From contig CBDBGH010000003.1 in assembly GCA_965205265.1 (NCBI GenBank), positions 3,488,001 through 3,552,000 on the forward strand: a stretch of DNA of 64,000 nt. Reading direction: 5' to 3'. The stretch is from Alphaproteobacteria bacterium (GTDB lineage: Bacteria; Pseudomonadota; Alphaproteobacteria; Bin95). Below, in pieces: positions 30,040 through 41,105 of the stretch. The notes below the pieces were generated by a model that was not told where the DNA came from, made no database searches, and worked only from the letters and a program-made list of their open reading frames with translations. A program made the translations under genes and the position numbers. Position 1 is the first letter of the stretch. Every line of letters begins with the position of its first letter.

Positions 30040-32136
30040 ATGACAGTCGAAGGCATCACGCTACGCGGCGGTGAGGCGGCCGATACCCTGACGGGCGGCG
30101 ACGGCAATGACCAACTCCATGGCGGCGCCGGCGGCGACACCCTCGACGGCTGGTCCGGCAATGACACCGTGCATGGCGATGCGGGCAACGACACCCTCTA
30201 CGGCGGCGACGGCAACGACACGCTTGACGGCGGCGAGGGCGTCGACACGCTGTGGGGCGGACGGGGCAACGATACCCTGAAGGGTGGCAGGGGCGATGAC
30301 TGGATGTCGGGCGGCCTCGGCGCCGACACCTTCGCGTTCGCGGTCGGGGACGGACACGACAAGATCTCCGACTTCGAGGACGGCGACACCATCAGGGTCA
30401 CCGGCGTATCCGGGGGCTTCGAGGCGCTGGTCATCGAGCAGGACGGCGCCGATACCGTCATCCGTTACGGCGACGGCGACAGCATCCGATTGTCGAACGT
30501 GTCGGCGGCGTCGCTGACAAAGGACCGCTTCGAGTTTCCTGCCGCCGAGGGTAACCCGCAGGGCGGTGAAGACGACGACGACACCCCGAACGGCGGCGAG
30601 GGCGACAGCGACGGGGGAGGCGAAGGCCCCGCCCAGGAGCAGGTAACCCGGACGGAAAGCGACGGGGACGGCGTCGCCCCGCAGAAGGCCGCCGGAGTGA
30701 CGCGGAAGGGCGGCAATGGCGCCGATACCCTCGACGGCGGCGACGGCGACGACACCCTGAAGGGCCGCGGGGGCGCCGACACGCTGAACGGCGGCAAGGG
30801 CAACGACCTCCTGAAGGGCGGCAATGGCGCCGACACCCTGAACGGCGGTCTCGGCGACGACACGCTCAGGGGCGGCCGGGGCGACGACACCTTCGTGTTC
30901 AAGGCTGGAGACGGCCACGACACCATTGCCGATTTCGTAGACGGCGACACGATCCGCCTTGATGGCGTGACTGGCGGGTTCGCGGCACTGGTCATTGAGC
31001 AGGACGGGGACGATGCCGTCGTCCGCTACGGCGACAGGGTCGACACCATTCGGCTCAAGGGCGTCTCGGCGGACTCCCTGGATGAAGACGACTTCTCGCT
31101 GCCGGACAGCTCTGGCGGCGGCGACAAGGTCGCATACGGCGCCGGCCAGCGGGACAAGGCTGCGACCGCGTCGACCGGCGAGGAGACACAGAAATCTGGC
31201 ACCGGCGCTACCGGGAACACCGGGAACGTGCCGGAACCCAAAGGCGTCACCGTGACCGGCGGCGACGGCGACGACCATCTCTGCGGCGGTCTGGGCGACG
31301 ACCACATCACCGGTGGCGGCGGAGACGACATCCTGGAAGGCAAAGCAGGCAACGACACTGTTCACGGCAACGATGGCGACGACCGCGTCTACGGCGGCGG
31401 CTGGGCTGGCTTCAACGACGACGGCGACGACACACTCTACGGCGGCGCCGGTGCAGACATCGTCGTCGGCGGCAACTGGGGCATTCACGTCCTTCTCCGC
31501 GACGGCGACGACGGCGACGACACGCTCTACGGCGGCGATGGCGACGACACCCTCGTCGGTGGCCACTGGGGCCATGGCACCACCACCAAGGGCGCCGGCG
31601 ACGACGGCAACGACACCCTCTACGGCGGCACCGGCAACGACTTCCTCATCGGTGGCAACTTCGACAGCAAGAGCAACCGCACCAACGACGGCGAGGACGG
31701 CAACGACACACTCTACGGCGGCGATGGCGACGATACCCTCGTTGGCGGCAACTGGGGCAACGAGGTTCACTGGGAGCTGTCGCGGATGGACGGTGATGAG
31801 AAGGTCGTAGAACAATCCGGAGTTTGGCCATGGAGTGGCGATGTCGGCAACGGCGCTGACACCCTCGTCGGCGGCAAGGGCAATGACGTGCTGTGGGGCG
31901 GTGGCGGCGCCGACAGGTTCGTGTTCGATCGGGAATCCAACACCGACACTATCTGCGACTTCGAAGACGGAGTGGATACCCTCGTCATCCAGGGCGGCAT
32001 GAAGTTCACCGATCTCGACATCAAGCAAATCGGCGATCACGCCGTGATTAACGGCCCTGCCGATGCCTTCTCGATCGTGATCGAGGACTTCGATGCGTCA
32101 CTGCTGACCGCGGCCGATTTCGATTTCGTCGCCTGA
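30040..32136 (+). CDS. RTX / hemolysin-type calcium-binding repeat protein
   Basis: Many GGxGxDxLx nonapeptides; three D.F.F...DTI.DF modules; C-terminal LTAADFDFVA T1SS-like tail. Confidence 0.9.
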   Translation: MTVEGITLRGGEAADTLTGGDGNDQLHGGAGGDTLDGWSGNDTVHGDAGNDTLYGGDGNDTLDGGEGVDTLWGGRGNDTLKGGRGDDWMSGGLGADTFAFAVGDGHDKISDFEDGDTIRVTGVSGGFEALVIEQDGADTVIRYGDGDSIRLSNVSAASLTKDRFEFPAAEGNPQGGEDDDDTPNGGEGDSDGGGEGPAQEQVTRTESDGDGVAPQKAAGVTRKGGNGADTLDGGDGDDTLKGRGGADTLNGGKGNDLLKGGNGADTLNGGLGDDTLRGGRGDDTFVFKAGDGHDTIADFVDGDTIRLDGVTGGFAALVIEQDGDDAVVRYGDRVDTIRLKGVSADSLDEDDFSLPDSSGGGDKVAYGAGQRDKAATASTGEETQKSGTGATGNTGNVPEPKGVTVTGGDGDDHLCGGLGDDHITGGGGDDILEGKAGNDTVHGNDGDDRVYGGGWAGFNDDGDDTLYGGAGADIVVGGNWGIHVLLRDGDDGDDTLYGGDGDDTLVGGHWGHGTTTKGAGDDGNDTLYGGTGNDFLIGGNFDSKSNRTNDGEDGNDTLYGGDGDDTLVGGNWGNEVHWELSRMDGDEKVVEQSGVWPWSGDVGNGADTLVGGKGNDVLWGGGGADRFVFDRESNTDTICDFEDGVDTLVIQGGMKFTDLDIKQIGDHAVINGPADAFSIVIEDFDASLLTAADFDFVA

Positions 32137-32172
32137 CCGGTTTCGCCAACGTTAACCAACGGGGAATGAACG

Positions 32173-32769
32173 ATGACGGCTCATGAAATATGGAAATCTT
32201 ACCAGGAAAAGGCGAAAGCGGCTTTTCTGGATTTGGTCCTGCCGTTCATGCCTGCTGAACCCGGCGGTCCGAGCTACTTCAACAGCGACATCTTGACCGA
32301 CGGCAGGCTGGATGACTCGCTCAAGGGCGGCGACGGCGAAGACACGCTCAGGGGCGGGCGGGGCAATGACACGCTGCACGGCGGCAAGGGCGACGACGAT
32401 CTGTACGGCGGCAAGGGCGACGACACGCTGGACGGCAACTGGGGCGACGATACGCTCACCGGCGGCAAGGGCAACGACACGCTCACCGGCAGCTGGGGCG
32501 CGGACCGCTTCGTGTTTCGCGACGGCGACGGCCATGACACGATAACCGACTTCTGGCCAACGAAGGTCAAGGACCACAGCGGGAAATTCGTCGGGTGGGA
32601 CCACAACAAGATCGTGATCAAGGGCGGCAAGGCGTTCAGCGATCTGACCATCATCGAGAACGCGGACGGCGACGCCGTGATCACGGGTTACGGCACGGAT
32701 TCCAGCATCACGCTTGAGGGCGTTGCCGCGTCGGACGTGACGGAATCGGACTTCGACTTCCTGGGCTGA
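32173..32769 (+). CDS. Small RTX calcium-binding repeat protein
   Basis: About six GGxGxD repeats; C-terminal ITLEGV..SDFDFLG. Confidence 0.85.
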   Translation: MTAHEIWKSYQEKAKAAFLDLVLPFMPAEPGGPSYFNSDILTDGRLDDSLKGGDGEDTLRGGRGNDTLHGGKGDDDLYGGKGDDTLDGNWGDDTLTGGKGNDTLTGSWGADRFVFRDGDGHDTITDFWPTKVKDHSGKFVGWDHNKIVIKGGKAFSDLTIIENADGDAVITGYGTDSSITLEGVAASDVTESDFDFLG

Positions 32770-32787
32770 AACCGGCGGGAGGCGCTG

Positions 32788-34965
32788 ATGAAAACGGCCG
32801 TCAAATTTCGGATCGATCGGGGTGCTGCCCCGGGCATGGCACGAAGCCGCAGGGGAGAATGGGCGGAAGGCCGGGCCGGGATCGTTGCCTGCGTGCCGAC
32901 GTCGCGCTTCCGGGCCGTCATTGCGCTGTCGACGCTGCTGCTCGCTGCCTGCGCGGGAGGAGGATCAAATTCCTATCTGAGCACGCTTGAGAAGGGATCC
33001 GAAATATCGACTTCGCCTGCCCGGAGTATCGAAGACCCCGGAAACAGCAACTTCGTGGACGTTGCAGCCGGAACAGCGTCCGGCAAGCCGGGTCATGCTC
33101 GCCTTCCCGAACGGTCTCCGATACCGGACGCACATGGTCTCGACCGATACGGCATCTGGGGGTCGGCAGGGTGGCGCGAAGGACCCGATCCGGCTGCATC
33201 GTGGCCTGTCGAAGTCGCCCACCCGATCTCTCCTGCATATGGAGCCGGTGAGTCGATCTGGGACACGTCAGGGTTGATCGCGCTACCGGTCGAAGCTGCG
33301 GCCGCGCCGGTTGGCGAGCCGCCCGCAAGGGACGGCGACGCGCCGGGTGTCCATGCAGGCGCGGAGGTTGGCGATGCGGCCGGGTCGGCCTCGGGCGACA
33401 GTCGATACTTGCAGGAGAACAGCCGACGACTGAAGAACATCAGTGCTGCCGACCTGCGCACGAGCTGGAATGATACCGGCCCCGTGACCGCAACGCTTGG
33501 GCTTGCGCCGCCGACGAAGGCCCGGGCCGGGGCGTTGAAGAGCGCACTCGGGAAACTGAAGGCTCCGCATGTCAGTGCCACAGGATCGGCGGCGGCGCTG
33601 CCCAAAGTCCCCGACGGGTCCATCACCGTGCTCGGAGAGCGCGACGGCATCGCATACGGCGCCTGGAAGGGCGGTCCGGCCGGCACGATGCCCGTTACGT
33701 TCTACTTCGGTCCGCACGAGACGCCGTCGGCGACGGGGTTTGTCGACCGGAAGGGGGGCGTGTCCCGGGAGTTCATGGCCGTCCTGCGCCGCTCGACGAG
33801 AATCTGGACCAGGCGGCTGGTCAGCGATGGGAAACGCCGTGACGTCACGATCAAGGTCGTTGAAGGCAACAGGTACAAGGATATCGACACGATCAGGGAT
33901 GTCGAGGGCATTGTCGTTCAGGTTCGGGTCAACAATTTCGGCCGGGTGTCCGCGGGACCGATATCCTACGATTCGGGCACGGACGGAGACAAGTTCATGC
34001 CCTACTACGGCAACATGCGCATCTCCAGTCATGTGCACGACAATCTCCATGACGGCATGGCCCATTCGGTCGCCCACGAATTCGGCCATATTCTGGGGAT
34101 CGCCCCCTACGGCTTCACTCTGTATACGGGCACATACTACGATCCGAAGGCCCACACCTGGTCCGGTCCGAATGCGCTGCGCGCCAACGGCGGCAAGCCG
34201 GTTCCCCTGCAATGGGTCGATGGGAGGAAGTGGTGGGAGGTCGAGGAACCTCACGCCGAGGGTGCGAGGCGCGATACGGGGCATCTCGGCGTCTGCTCGT
34301 CGGTGATGGCCTATTGCGCCGACACCTATGCCGGCGGTGCTCCGTCGGAGCTGGACTTCGCCATCCTGGCCGACCTCGGATTCAATGTCCTCGATGCGAA
34401 GGTCGCAGCCGAGACCGAACGCTACGGCCATGCGGCGTGGGGCGCCTGGGCGGCATGGGGCGTCAGCGTCGAACGCGACCTGCGCGACAATTTTCACGAG
34501 GCGCACAATGACTGGACCCCGACTCCCCACGACTTCCTCCAGGTCCACGCGGACGCCTTCGGCACGGCGCCCACGACGGCCCTTTCCGACAATGCCGCGC
34601 TTCGGGGCAGGGCCGTGTGGAACGGGCGGCTGCTTGGCGTCGATCTCGGCAGCGGGCGTCTTCCCCCGGTGGTCGGCGATGCGAAACTGCGGGTGAATCT
34701 TGACAGGCTCGACGGCGAACTCCGTCTGCGGAACCTCACCGTGCATCTCGGCGGCGGGGATCAACCGGTCCGCACCCGGCCCTTCCGCCAGGCCGCCCTG
34801 CGCTACGATGTCGATATCGCCGGAAACGGCTTCGCCAGCGCCGGGAACAGGGTTCAGGGGAACTTCCACGGACCGGCGCATCAGGAGATGGCGGGCGTGA
34901 TCAAGGATGTCCGGCCCGAGGTCCAGCTGCTCGGCGGTTTCGGAGGCGTCCGGGCTGCCGACTGA
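32788..34965 (+). CDS. Lipoprotein with HExxH zinc-metalloprotease domain and C-terminal TbpB-like barrel (start uncertain)
   Basis: LLAAC lipobox; AHEFGHILG with distal GH...SVMAY; tail WNGRLLG..VVGDAKL..GNFHGPAHQEMAG..GGFGG. Confidence 0.78.
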   Translation: MKTAVKFRIDRGAAPGMARSRRGEWAEGRAGIVACVPTSRFRAVIALSTLLLAACAGGGSNSYLSTLEKGSEISTSPARSIEDPGNSNFVDVAAGTASGKPGHARLPERSPIPDAHGLDRYGIWGSAGWREGPDPAASWPVEVAHPISPAYGAGESIWDTSGLIALPVEAAAAPVGEPPARDGDAPGVHAGAEVGDAAGSASGDSRYLQENSRRLKNISAADLRTSWNDTGPVTATLGLAPPTKARAGALKSALGKLKAPHVSATGSAAALPKVPDGSITVLGERDGIAYGAWKGGPAGTMPVTFYFGPHETPSATGFVDRKGGVSREFMAVLRRSTRIWTRRLVSDGKRRDVTIKVVEGNRYKDIDTIRDVEGIVVQVRVNNFGRVSAGPISYDSGTDGDKFMPYYGNMRISSHVHDNLHDGMAHSVAHEFGHILGIAPYGFTLYTGTYYDPKAHTWSGPNALRANGGKPVPLQWVDGRKWWEVEEPHAEGARRDTGHLGVCSSVMAYCADTYAGGAPSELDFAILADLGFNVLDAKVAAETERYGHAAWGAWAAWGVSVERDLRDNFHEAHNDWTPTPHDFLQVHADAFGTAPTTALSDNAALRGRAVWNGRLLGVDLGSGRLPPVVGDAKLRVNLDRLDGELRLRNLTVHLGGGDQPVRTRPFRQAALRYDVDIAGNGFASAGNRVQGNFHGPAHQEMAGVIKDVRPEVQLLGGFGGVRAAD

Positions 34966-36177
34966 GCCCCGGCGGCCGGTCAGTTTCGCCTGAAGGTCCG
35001 TAAGCGCCGCGCCGTTACCCTTGTTGACGGGTGACGCTCGGGATTGTCGGGGTGAAGTTCCAGAGCATCAGGTCGTCGATGCGTGACATGGGGTGCATGT
35101 CGACGATCCGGTGCAGGGTGTCGGCGAGATACGCCTGCGGATTGACGTCGTTGAGCTTGCAGGTGCCGATGAGGCTGGCGCACCGCGCCCAGGTCCTGGC
35201 GCCGTCGTCGCTGCCGGCGAAGAGCGCGTTTTTCTTTGTGAGTTTCACCGGACGGATGAGGTTCTCGACAGCGTTGGTGTCCATCTCGATCCGCCCGTCA
35301 CGGAGGAACCGGCACAGGCCGTCCCAGCGCTTGAGCGCATATCGGATGTGCTTGGCCAGCTCGGAGGCACTCGACAGGCGCTCGAGCTGGGCCTCGAGCC
35401 AGGGCCGCAGGGCGTCCACGATTGGCGCCGAGAGTTCCTGCCGCACCTTCAGCCGGTGCTCCGGCGGATGGCCGCGCACCGTGGCCTCGATCCGGTACAG
35501 CGCCCCGATCCGTTCGAGGATCTCCTCGCACACGGGCGAGGCCGTGGCGCGCTGGAAGTCGACGAAGCGTCTTCGCCAGTGGGTCCAACAGTAAGCAAGC
35601 ACCCATGGGCTGGCCGTCTGCTTCGGATCGCCGAGCGCGTCGTACACCCTGTAGCCATCGACATGGAGCGGTCCGCCGCCGGTGTAGCCCTGCATCAACT
35701 CCAGAGCGACCTTCGCACTTCGATGGCGCGAGTGGTGGAACACCACGATCGGCGGGTCGGCCCCGCCATAGCCGCGCTGATCGCGGGCGATCGCCCACAG
35801 ATAGTCGAGGCGCGTCTTGCCGGTTCCCGGCGCCATCACCGGCACCGTGGTCTCGTCCATGAACAGACAGTCCGACGCCTTGAGGTGCTCGATCATCCGG
35901 TCGATCACCGGAGCCAGCACCTGCATCCCGCGCCCCGCCCAGTTCCCCAGCATGGTGCGGTCGAGGTCGATTCCCTCGCGCCGATAAGCCTCGGCCTGAC
36001 GGTAGAACGGTTAGCGAGTCGCGCGGGGGAATCTCACCCCCACGCGCTCCCAGAACCGTACGTGAACCTCTCAGTGCGGATTTCAGTGATTCCGGCCGGG
36101 TATTTCACTAAGTCCCGGCCGCGGATTTCATTAAGTCGCGGCCGGCCTTGAGCGTGGCTCCGGGCGCCTGGTTTTGG

Positions 36178-36954
36178 TCAGCCGGGATTGTCTTCCGCGG
36201 CGGCGGCCGGGGTCAAGTCGGGCCTGGCGTTTTTCCTTCGCATGCTTTCGCCTTTCAGGTCGATGCGGTGGGCGTTGTGGACGATCCGGTCGAGGATGGC
36301 GTCAGCGACGGTGGCTTCGCCGATGAGGTCGTGCCATTTGGCGACGGGGAGCTGTGCGGTGATGAGGGTGGACCGCCGACGGTATCGTTCTTCGCAGATT
36401 TCGAGGAGATCGAGCCTCTGGCGGTCGGCGAGGCCGTGTGTACCCCAGTCGTCGAGGATGAGGAGCTGGACCCTTGCGAGCTTGTCGATGAGCCTGGGGA
36501 GCCTTCCGTCGAGGCGGGCCATGGCGAGGTCCTCGAAGAGACGGGGCATGCGGACATAGAGGACAGAGCGGTCGAGCCTTGCGGCCTGATGTCCGAAGGC
36601 GCATGCGAGCCAGGTCTTTCCGGTACCGGTCTGGCCGACCAGGATCAGATTGTCGTGGGTCTTGAGCCATTCGCCCTGGGCGAGGGAGAGGATATTGCGG
36701 CGATCGAGGCCGCGGGCGGGATCGAAGTCGATATCCTCGATGCAGGCCTCGGGGAAGCGCAGCCTGGCCAGCCGGAGGCGGTTGGTGAGCCGCCTGTCGG
36801 CGCGTGTTGCGGCTTCGCGGTCGAGCATGAGGGCGAGCCATTCCTCGCGGTCGAGTTCGGATGCCTGGCCCTTTTCGGCCATGTCGCGCCAGGCTTCGGC
36901 CATACCCTTGAGGCCAAGGGCGTGCATCTGGTCGAGGGTCGGATGTGTCAGCAT
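36178..36954 (-). CDS. istB: IS21 helper ATPase
   Basis: [33 protein letters not shown]. Confidence 0.95.
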   Translation of the reverse strand: MLTHPTLDQMHALGLKGMAEAWRDMAEKGQASELDREEWLALMLDREAATRADRRLTNRLRLARLRFPEACIEDIDFDPARGLDRRNILSLAQGEWLKTHDNLILVGQTGTGKTWLACAFGHQAARLDRSVLYVRMPRLFEDLAMARLDGRLPRLIDKLARVQLLILDDWGTHGLADRQRLDLLEICEERYRRRSTLITAQLPVAKWHDLIGEATVADAILDRIVHNAHRIDLKGESMRRKNARPDLTPAAAAEDNPG

Positions 36955-36968
36955 GGGAAGTCCTTCGT

Positions 36969-38522
36969 TCATCGGTAGTAGGCGGGGCCGCGGATGTTGT
37001 CGTGCGCCGGCAGGGGCAGGAGGGGCTCACGCTCGGGCGCGGCGCGGTCGAGGCCGGACCGGAGGATGGCGGTGAGCGAGGAGTAGCTGAGCGCATTGAT
37101 GGTGAGCGCGCGCTCGCAGGCGGCCTCGACCCTTTCGGCCTCGTATCGCCGGGAGAGCGATATGACGCCCATGGCGCTTCGATAGCCCTGCTCGGGATGC
37201 GGCCTGTCGCGCATCATGCGCTCGACCAGCACGGCCGTGTTGGGGCCGATGCGTCTTGCCCTGCCGATCAGGCTTGCCGGGGTGCGATCGGCATAGCGGC
37301 GATGCGCGCTGGGCATATGAGCGGCAACGGTGACATGCCCGCCATAGGGAGACCGGCGTGCATGGGCGGCGACGCGCCTGTGGCTATGGAAGACCTCGAC
37401 CGTGCGCCGGGTGAGGCGGATCCGAACCGTGCGCCCGATCAGGCTGTGAGGGACCGAGTAGAAGGTGCGCTCGACATCGACATGGTAGTCGGGGTGGACC
37501 TTCGCGGTCTTCCACTCGGCGTATTCGAAGGGGGTCTTCGGCAGCGGCGCCAGCGCGGCGCGCTCGATGGCCTCGAACATCTGGCGCCGGCTCTGGCCGA
37601 GATGGCGCATGGGCCGGTCGTTGAGTTCGTCCAGGAGGACGCGGATCGCCGCGTTGAGCTGCCCGAGGGAGAAGAAGCGCCGGTTCCTGAGGCGGGCCAG
37701 GATCCAGCGCTCGACCACTTGCACGCCAACCTCGACCTTCGCCTTGTCCCGGGGTTTTCGGGGCCGCGTCGGCAGGACGGTGGTGTCGTAGTGCTCCGCC
37801 AGCGCCGCGAAGGTCGCGTTCAGCGTCGGCTCGAACCAGAGCGGCTTCGCCACCCCCGCCTTCAGGTTGTCGCAGACAATGCTTTTCGGCACGCCCCCAA
37901 AGAAGGCCAGCGCTTCGCATTGCCCAGCGATCCAGTCCGGCAGGCGCTGCGTCAGGCTCGCGGTCGCGAAGGTGTAGGACGAGGCGCCGAGCACCGCGAC
38001 GAAGATCTGCGCCTCGTGGATCTCGCCGGTCTCGGGATCGACGATCTCGACCGTCTGGCCGGCATAGTCGGTCTGCATCACCGCGCCGGCCTCGTGCCGG
38101 TTGCGCCAGCTCGCATGCGTGCGGCGCTCGAAGGCCCTGAAGGCGTCGCAGAACCAGGTATAGCCGTAGCCGTCCGGATGCGCGGCCCGGTATTCCTGCC
38201 ACAGCAGGCTCAGCGTCACGCCCTTGCGCTTCAGCTCGGCCGCCACCGTCGGCCAGTGCGGCTGGCGCGTATCCCGCGGCGGGCGGCCCATGCGCCGGAA
38301 CAGCAACTGTTCCAGCACCGCGTCGTCCTCGTAGACCGCCGGCAGCGGCCAGCTCGACAGGCCCGCCTCCCGGGCCCGAAGAAGATAGGTCGACACCGTC
38401 GCCCTGGAGAGCTTCAGCCGCCCCGCGACCTCGCGCTCCGACAGACCCTGCCCATGGCTCAGCCGCAGGATCGCCCTGACGTCCTTCACTGTCGTTCGTC
38501 TCGTCTGCTTCCGTCCCGGCAT
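36969..38522 (-). CDS. istA: IS21 transposase
   Basis: [22 protein letters not shown] motifs. Confidence 0.93.
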   Translation of the reverse strand: MPGRKQTRRTTVKDVRAILRLSHGQGLSEREVAGRLKLSRATVSTYLLRAREAGLSSWPLPAVYEDDAVLEQLLFRRMGRPPRDTRQPHWPTVAAELKRKGVTLSLLWQEYRAAHPDGYGYTWFCDAFRAFERRTHASWRNRHEAGAVMQTDYAGQTVEIVDPETGEIHEAQIFVAVLGASSYTFATASLTQRLPDWIAGQCEALAFFGGVPKSIVCDNLKAGVAKPLWFEPTLNATFAALAEHYDTTVLPTRPRKPRDKAKVEVGVQVVERWILARLRNRRFFSLGQLNAAIRVLLDELNDRPMRHLGQSRRQMFEAIERAALAPLPKTPFEYAEWKTAKVHPDYHVDVERTFYSVPHSLIGRTVRIRLTRRTVEVFHSHRRVAAHARRSPYGGHVTVAAHMPSAHRRYADRTPASLIGRARRIGPNTAVLVERMMRDRPHPEQGYRSAMGVISLSRRYEAERVEAACERALTINALSYSSLTAILRSGLDRAAPEREPLLPLPAHDNIRGPAYYR

Positions 38523-38705
38523 GCCACCCCCCGGCAAAATGCCAGGGGGTAGACGCCGAGTCGGCGCACCCGAAAGCCGAACTCAAATCGCCCCGGTCAT
38601 GCCGGCCGGGACTTTCCGTAATCACCGGCCGGGACTTACTGAAATCGCCGGCCGGGACTTTCCGTAATCACCGGCCGGGACTTACTGAAACGCGCACCTC
38701 TCAGC

Positions 38706-39965
38706 TCATACGGCTCCCAGCGTCCGGCCCTGCCCGTGCAAAAGGGTCCAATGGGCGAACCGCCACGGCTCCGCTTTCGCGATTCTGGCAAGCCAGAGAC
38801 GAGCCTGACGCGGTCGTTGTCGGAAGCGTTTGAACTTCCGCATTGCCCATCGCTGCAAGTGGGCGTCTATCAGACGAAGGGTCGGATAGAGCGCCGACTT
38901 GTAGAATGCGCCGAAGTAGCCGATCCACCCTGCAATTTCGCGATGAAACATGCGGGCAAGGTCAAGCAGCGCCTTGTCGCTACGCCGTTGCAAACGCCAC
39001 TGTCGCACGCGGCGCCGAAACGCCTTGAGCGCAGTCGGGCTGGCAGCCGGAAGGAACGAGACCCCGAACAACCCGCCGCGCCACGCCGCGAACCTTGGCT
39101 GGAAACGGTAGCCCAGGAAGTCGAACGCGACCGTCGGGTAGTCCGCCTTGCGGTTGGTATCCTTGCAGTAGACCACCTTGGTCTTCTGCGGATGGACCTC
39201 CAGGCCGCACTCGGCCAATCGGTCCGCAACCCGCCGCCAGAGGGTCTTTGCCGCCTCCTCCGTTCGACAATGGCAGATTATATCGTCCGCATACCGTTCG
39301 AACGGAACATGCGGCATCGACCTTTTCATCCATTGATCGAACGCATAGTGCAGGAACAGGTTGGACAATACTGGCGAAATTACCCCGCCCTGTGGCGTGC
39401 CCCTGTCCCGTGCGACAACGGTGCCGTCCTCCTCGATCACGGGAGCCTTCAACCAGCGCTCGACATAGAGCAGCACCCACCGGCAGTCCGTATGGTGACG
39501 AACGGCCTTCAGCAGCAACTCGTGGTCGATGTTGTCGAAGAACCCCTTGATGTCCATGTCCAGCACCCAGTCGTAGCGCCAGCATCGCCGACGCGCTGTC
39601 CGGATGGCGTCAATGGCGGATCGCTTCGGCCGATATCCGTATGAGTCCTCATGGAAAATCGGTTCCAACAAGGGCTCCAGATGTCGGCGAACAACCTCCT
39701 GAGCGATGCGGTCCGTGACCGTCGGTATGCCCAACGGGCGCTTCCCGCCGCCCTCCTTGGGGATGTTCACCCTGCGAACCGGAGGCGGCATATAGCTGCC
39801 TGAGGACATGCGATTCCAGAGCTTGTAGAGTTCCGGACCAAGCCGTTCCTCCAGACTCTCGACCGTCTGCCCATCTACTCCAGCCGCTCCCCGGTTTGCC
39901 TTCACATGCTTGAAGGCTTCCCAGACTTCCCTCTTTGCTATCGGGAACGGCTTTGCCCCTGTCAT
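38706..39965 (-). CDS. ltrA: Group II intron reverse transcriptase/maturase (419 aa, no endonuclease domain)
   Basis: GAAGVDG, RPLGIPT..DR, GTPQGG, RYADD, FDFLGY; domain X GWIGYF. Confidence 0.95.
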   Translation of the reverse strand: MTGAKPFPIAKREVWEAFKHVKANRGAAGVDGQTVESLEERLGPELYKLWNRMSSGSYMPPPVRRVNIPKEGGGKRPLGIPTVTDRIAQEVVRRHLEPLLEPIFHEDSYGYRPKRSAIDAIRTARRRCWRYDWVLDMDIKGFFDNIDHELLLKAVRHHTDCRWVLLYVERWLKAPVIEEDGTVVARDRGTPQGGVISPVLSNLFLHYAFDQWMKRSMPHVPFERYADDIICHCRTEEAAKTLWRRVADRLAECGLEVHPQKTKVVYCKDTNRKADYPTVAFDFLGYRFQPRFAAWRGGLFGVSFLPAASPTALKAFRRRVRQWRLQRRSDKALLDLARMFHREIAGWIGYFGAFYKSALYPTLRLIDAHLQRWAMRKFKRFRQRPRQARLWLARIAKAEPWRFAHWTLLHGQGRTLGAV

Positions 39966-40767
39966 CCGGCTCCTCCTGTCACCAGTTGGCCGACGGCAGC
40001 GGCTGAACACCACAGCCCCTTCGGTCCAGCGCCATTACAGCGCCTTCATCCCTACTACGGGCTGTTCTGCCCCTGTGCCCCGCATCGGTACTCTGAGCCT
40101 TCCGGGGGCTGCCCGGTTGGCCGTCTCCCTTGGCATCGGGACGACAGGTTCTCCTGTTCCGCAAGAAAGCCTGTTCCGGGTTCACGCCGCCTTCGAGCCG
40201 GATGCCGCGTGGGCCGGACTCCAGGACTCCGCCCATGCTTATCCCGGAGTGACCACCACCCCCGGTTCTGACATCGACCATACGCTTTCGGCAGTTCATC
40301 GGCGGTTCGCTTTCGCTCGTCTCCCCGGACCTCACCTGACGAGATCGTCGTCCCGCCGTTTCCACGACGCTCACCACCATCGCTCTTTACGACAGCAGCT
40401 CGTGGTGGTTTGAGACCGACGCCTGATCGTCGACCCCGAGGGGCCTACCCTCATCTCTCTTGCAGTTGCGCACCTCCTTTCATGGCGGTGCTTCAGGACA
40501 CACGGTGATCGGCGAACTTCGCGACCAGCGTGTGCGCCACCAGCGCCTCGCTCGGCAGGCCGCGCGGCACCAGATATTCCGGCGCCGGCGCCTGGGCGCT
40601 CTGCTTACCCTGGCAGGCGCGGCAGATGTACTTCGGCCGAATCGTGACCAGCACCCTCAGCTTGGCCGGCACGACGTCGAGACGCTCGGTGCGATCCTCG
40701 CCGATCTTCGTCATCGCGCCGCAGCCGCAGGGGCACTCCGTGCTCTCCGGCTCGATCACCTTCTCGG

Positions 40768-41105
40768 AGCGCTCGCTTCTCAATCATCGTGAGGGGCTGT
40801 GCGTCTTCGTCGATCACCCGCAAGTGCCTCTCACGAACAATCTTGTCGAGAGAATCCTGCGCGCTCCGGCAATCGGGCGAGGCCTCAGCTTCGGTTCCGA
40901 CAGCGTGAAGGGCGCGGAGTTCACAGCGATCATGTACTCCGTCGTCGGTACACTCTCGATGAACGGCATCGATGTGCTGCGCTGGCTGGAGGCTTGGCTG
41001 ACAGCGTGCGCGGAGAACGGCGCCATCCCGCCGGACGACCTCCCGCCCTGGCTACCGTGGTCGATGAGCGAGGAGCGCAGGCGCAAGTTCACGGCGCCGG
41101 GATGA
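40768..41105 (+). pseudogene. C-terminal fragment of a different IS66 transposase
   Basis: PLTNNLVERILR...FGSDS...MYSVVGT...WL...LPW. Confidence 0.75.

Larger units (their letters stand above)
36075..38696 (-). mobile_element. IS21-family element with 8-bp TSD CCTCTCAG
   Basis: TG...CA termini; repeated CCGGCCGGG subterminal motifs; TSD at 36067..36074 and 38697..38704. Confidence 0.93.
36013..40503 (-). ncRNA. Group II intron (RmInt1-like, bacterial class D), domain V interrupted by IS21
   Basis: 5' GTGTGT; DV GAGCCGTATGAGCTGAGAGGTTCACGTACGGTTC once IS21 is removed; DVI ending GACTCGCT; ~1.86 kb net length. Confidence 0.9.
35000..40770 (-). mobile_element. IS66-family element, 5'-truncated, tnpC split by a group II intron (exons ~40770..40504 and 36012..35015)
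   Basis: GTAAGCG terminus at 35000; FMDET, HVDGY, YCWTHWRR, DTNAVEN motifs; exons rejoin as KFADH-Q-PFYRQ. Confidence 0.88.

Noticed and set aside
38706-39965. RT as retron, DGR or defence RT
   Set aside because: YADD RT with domain X, flanking domain V/VI and precise exon rejoining identify a group II intron; no template/variable repeat pair is seen.
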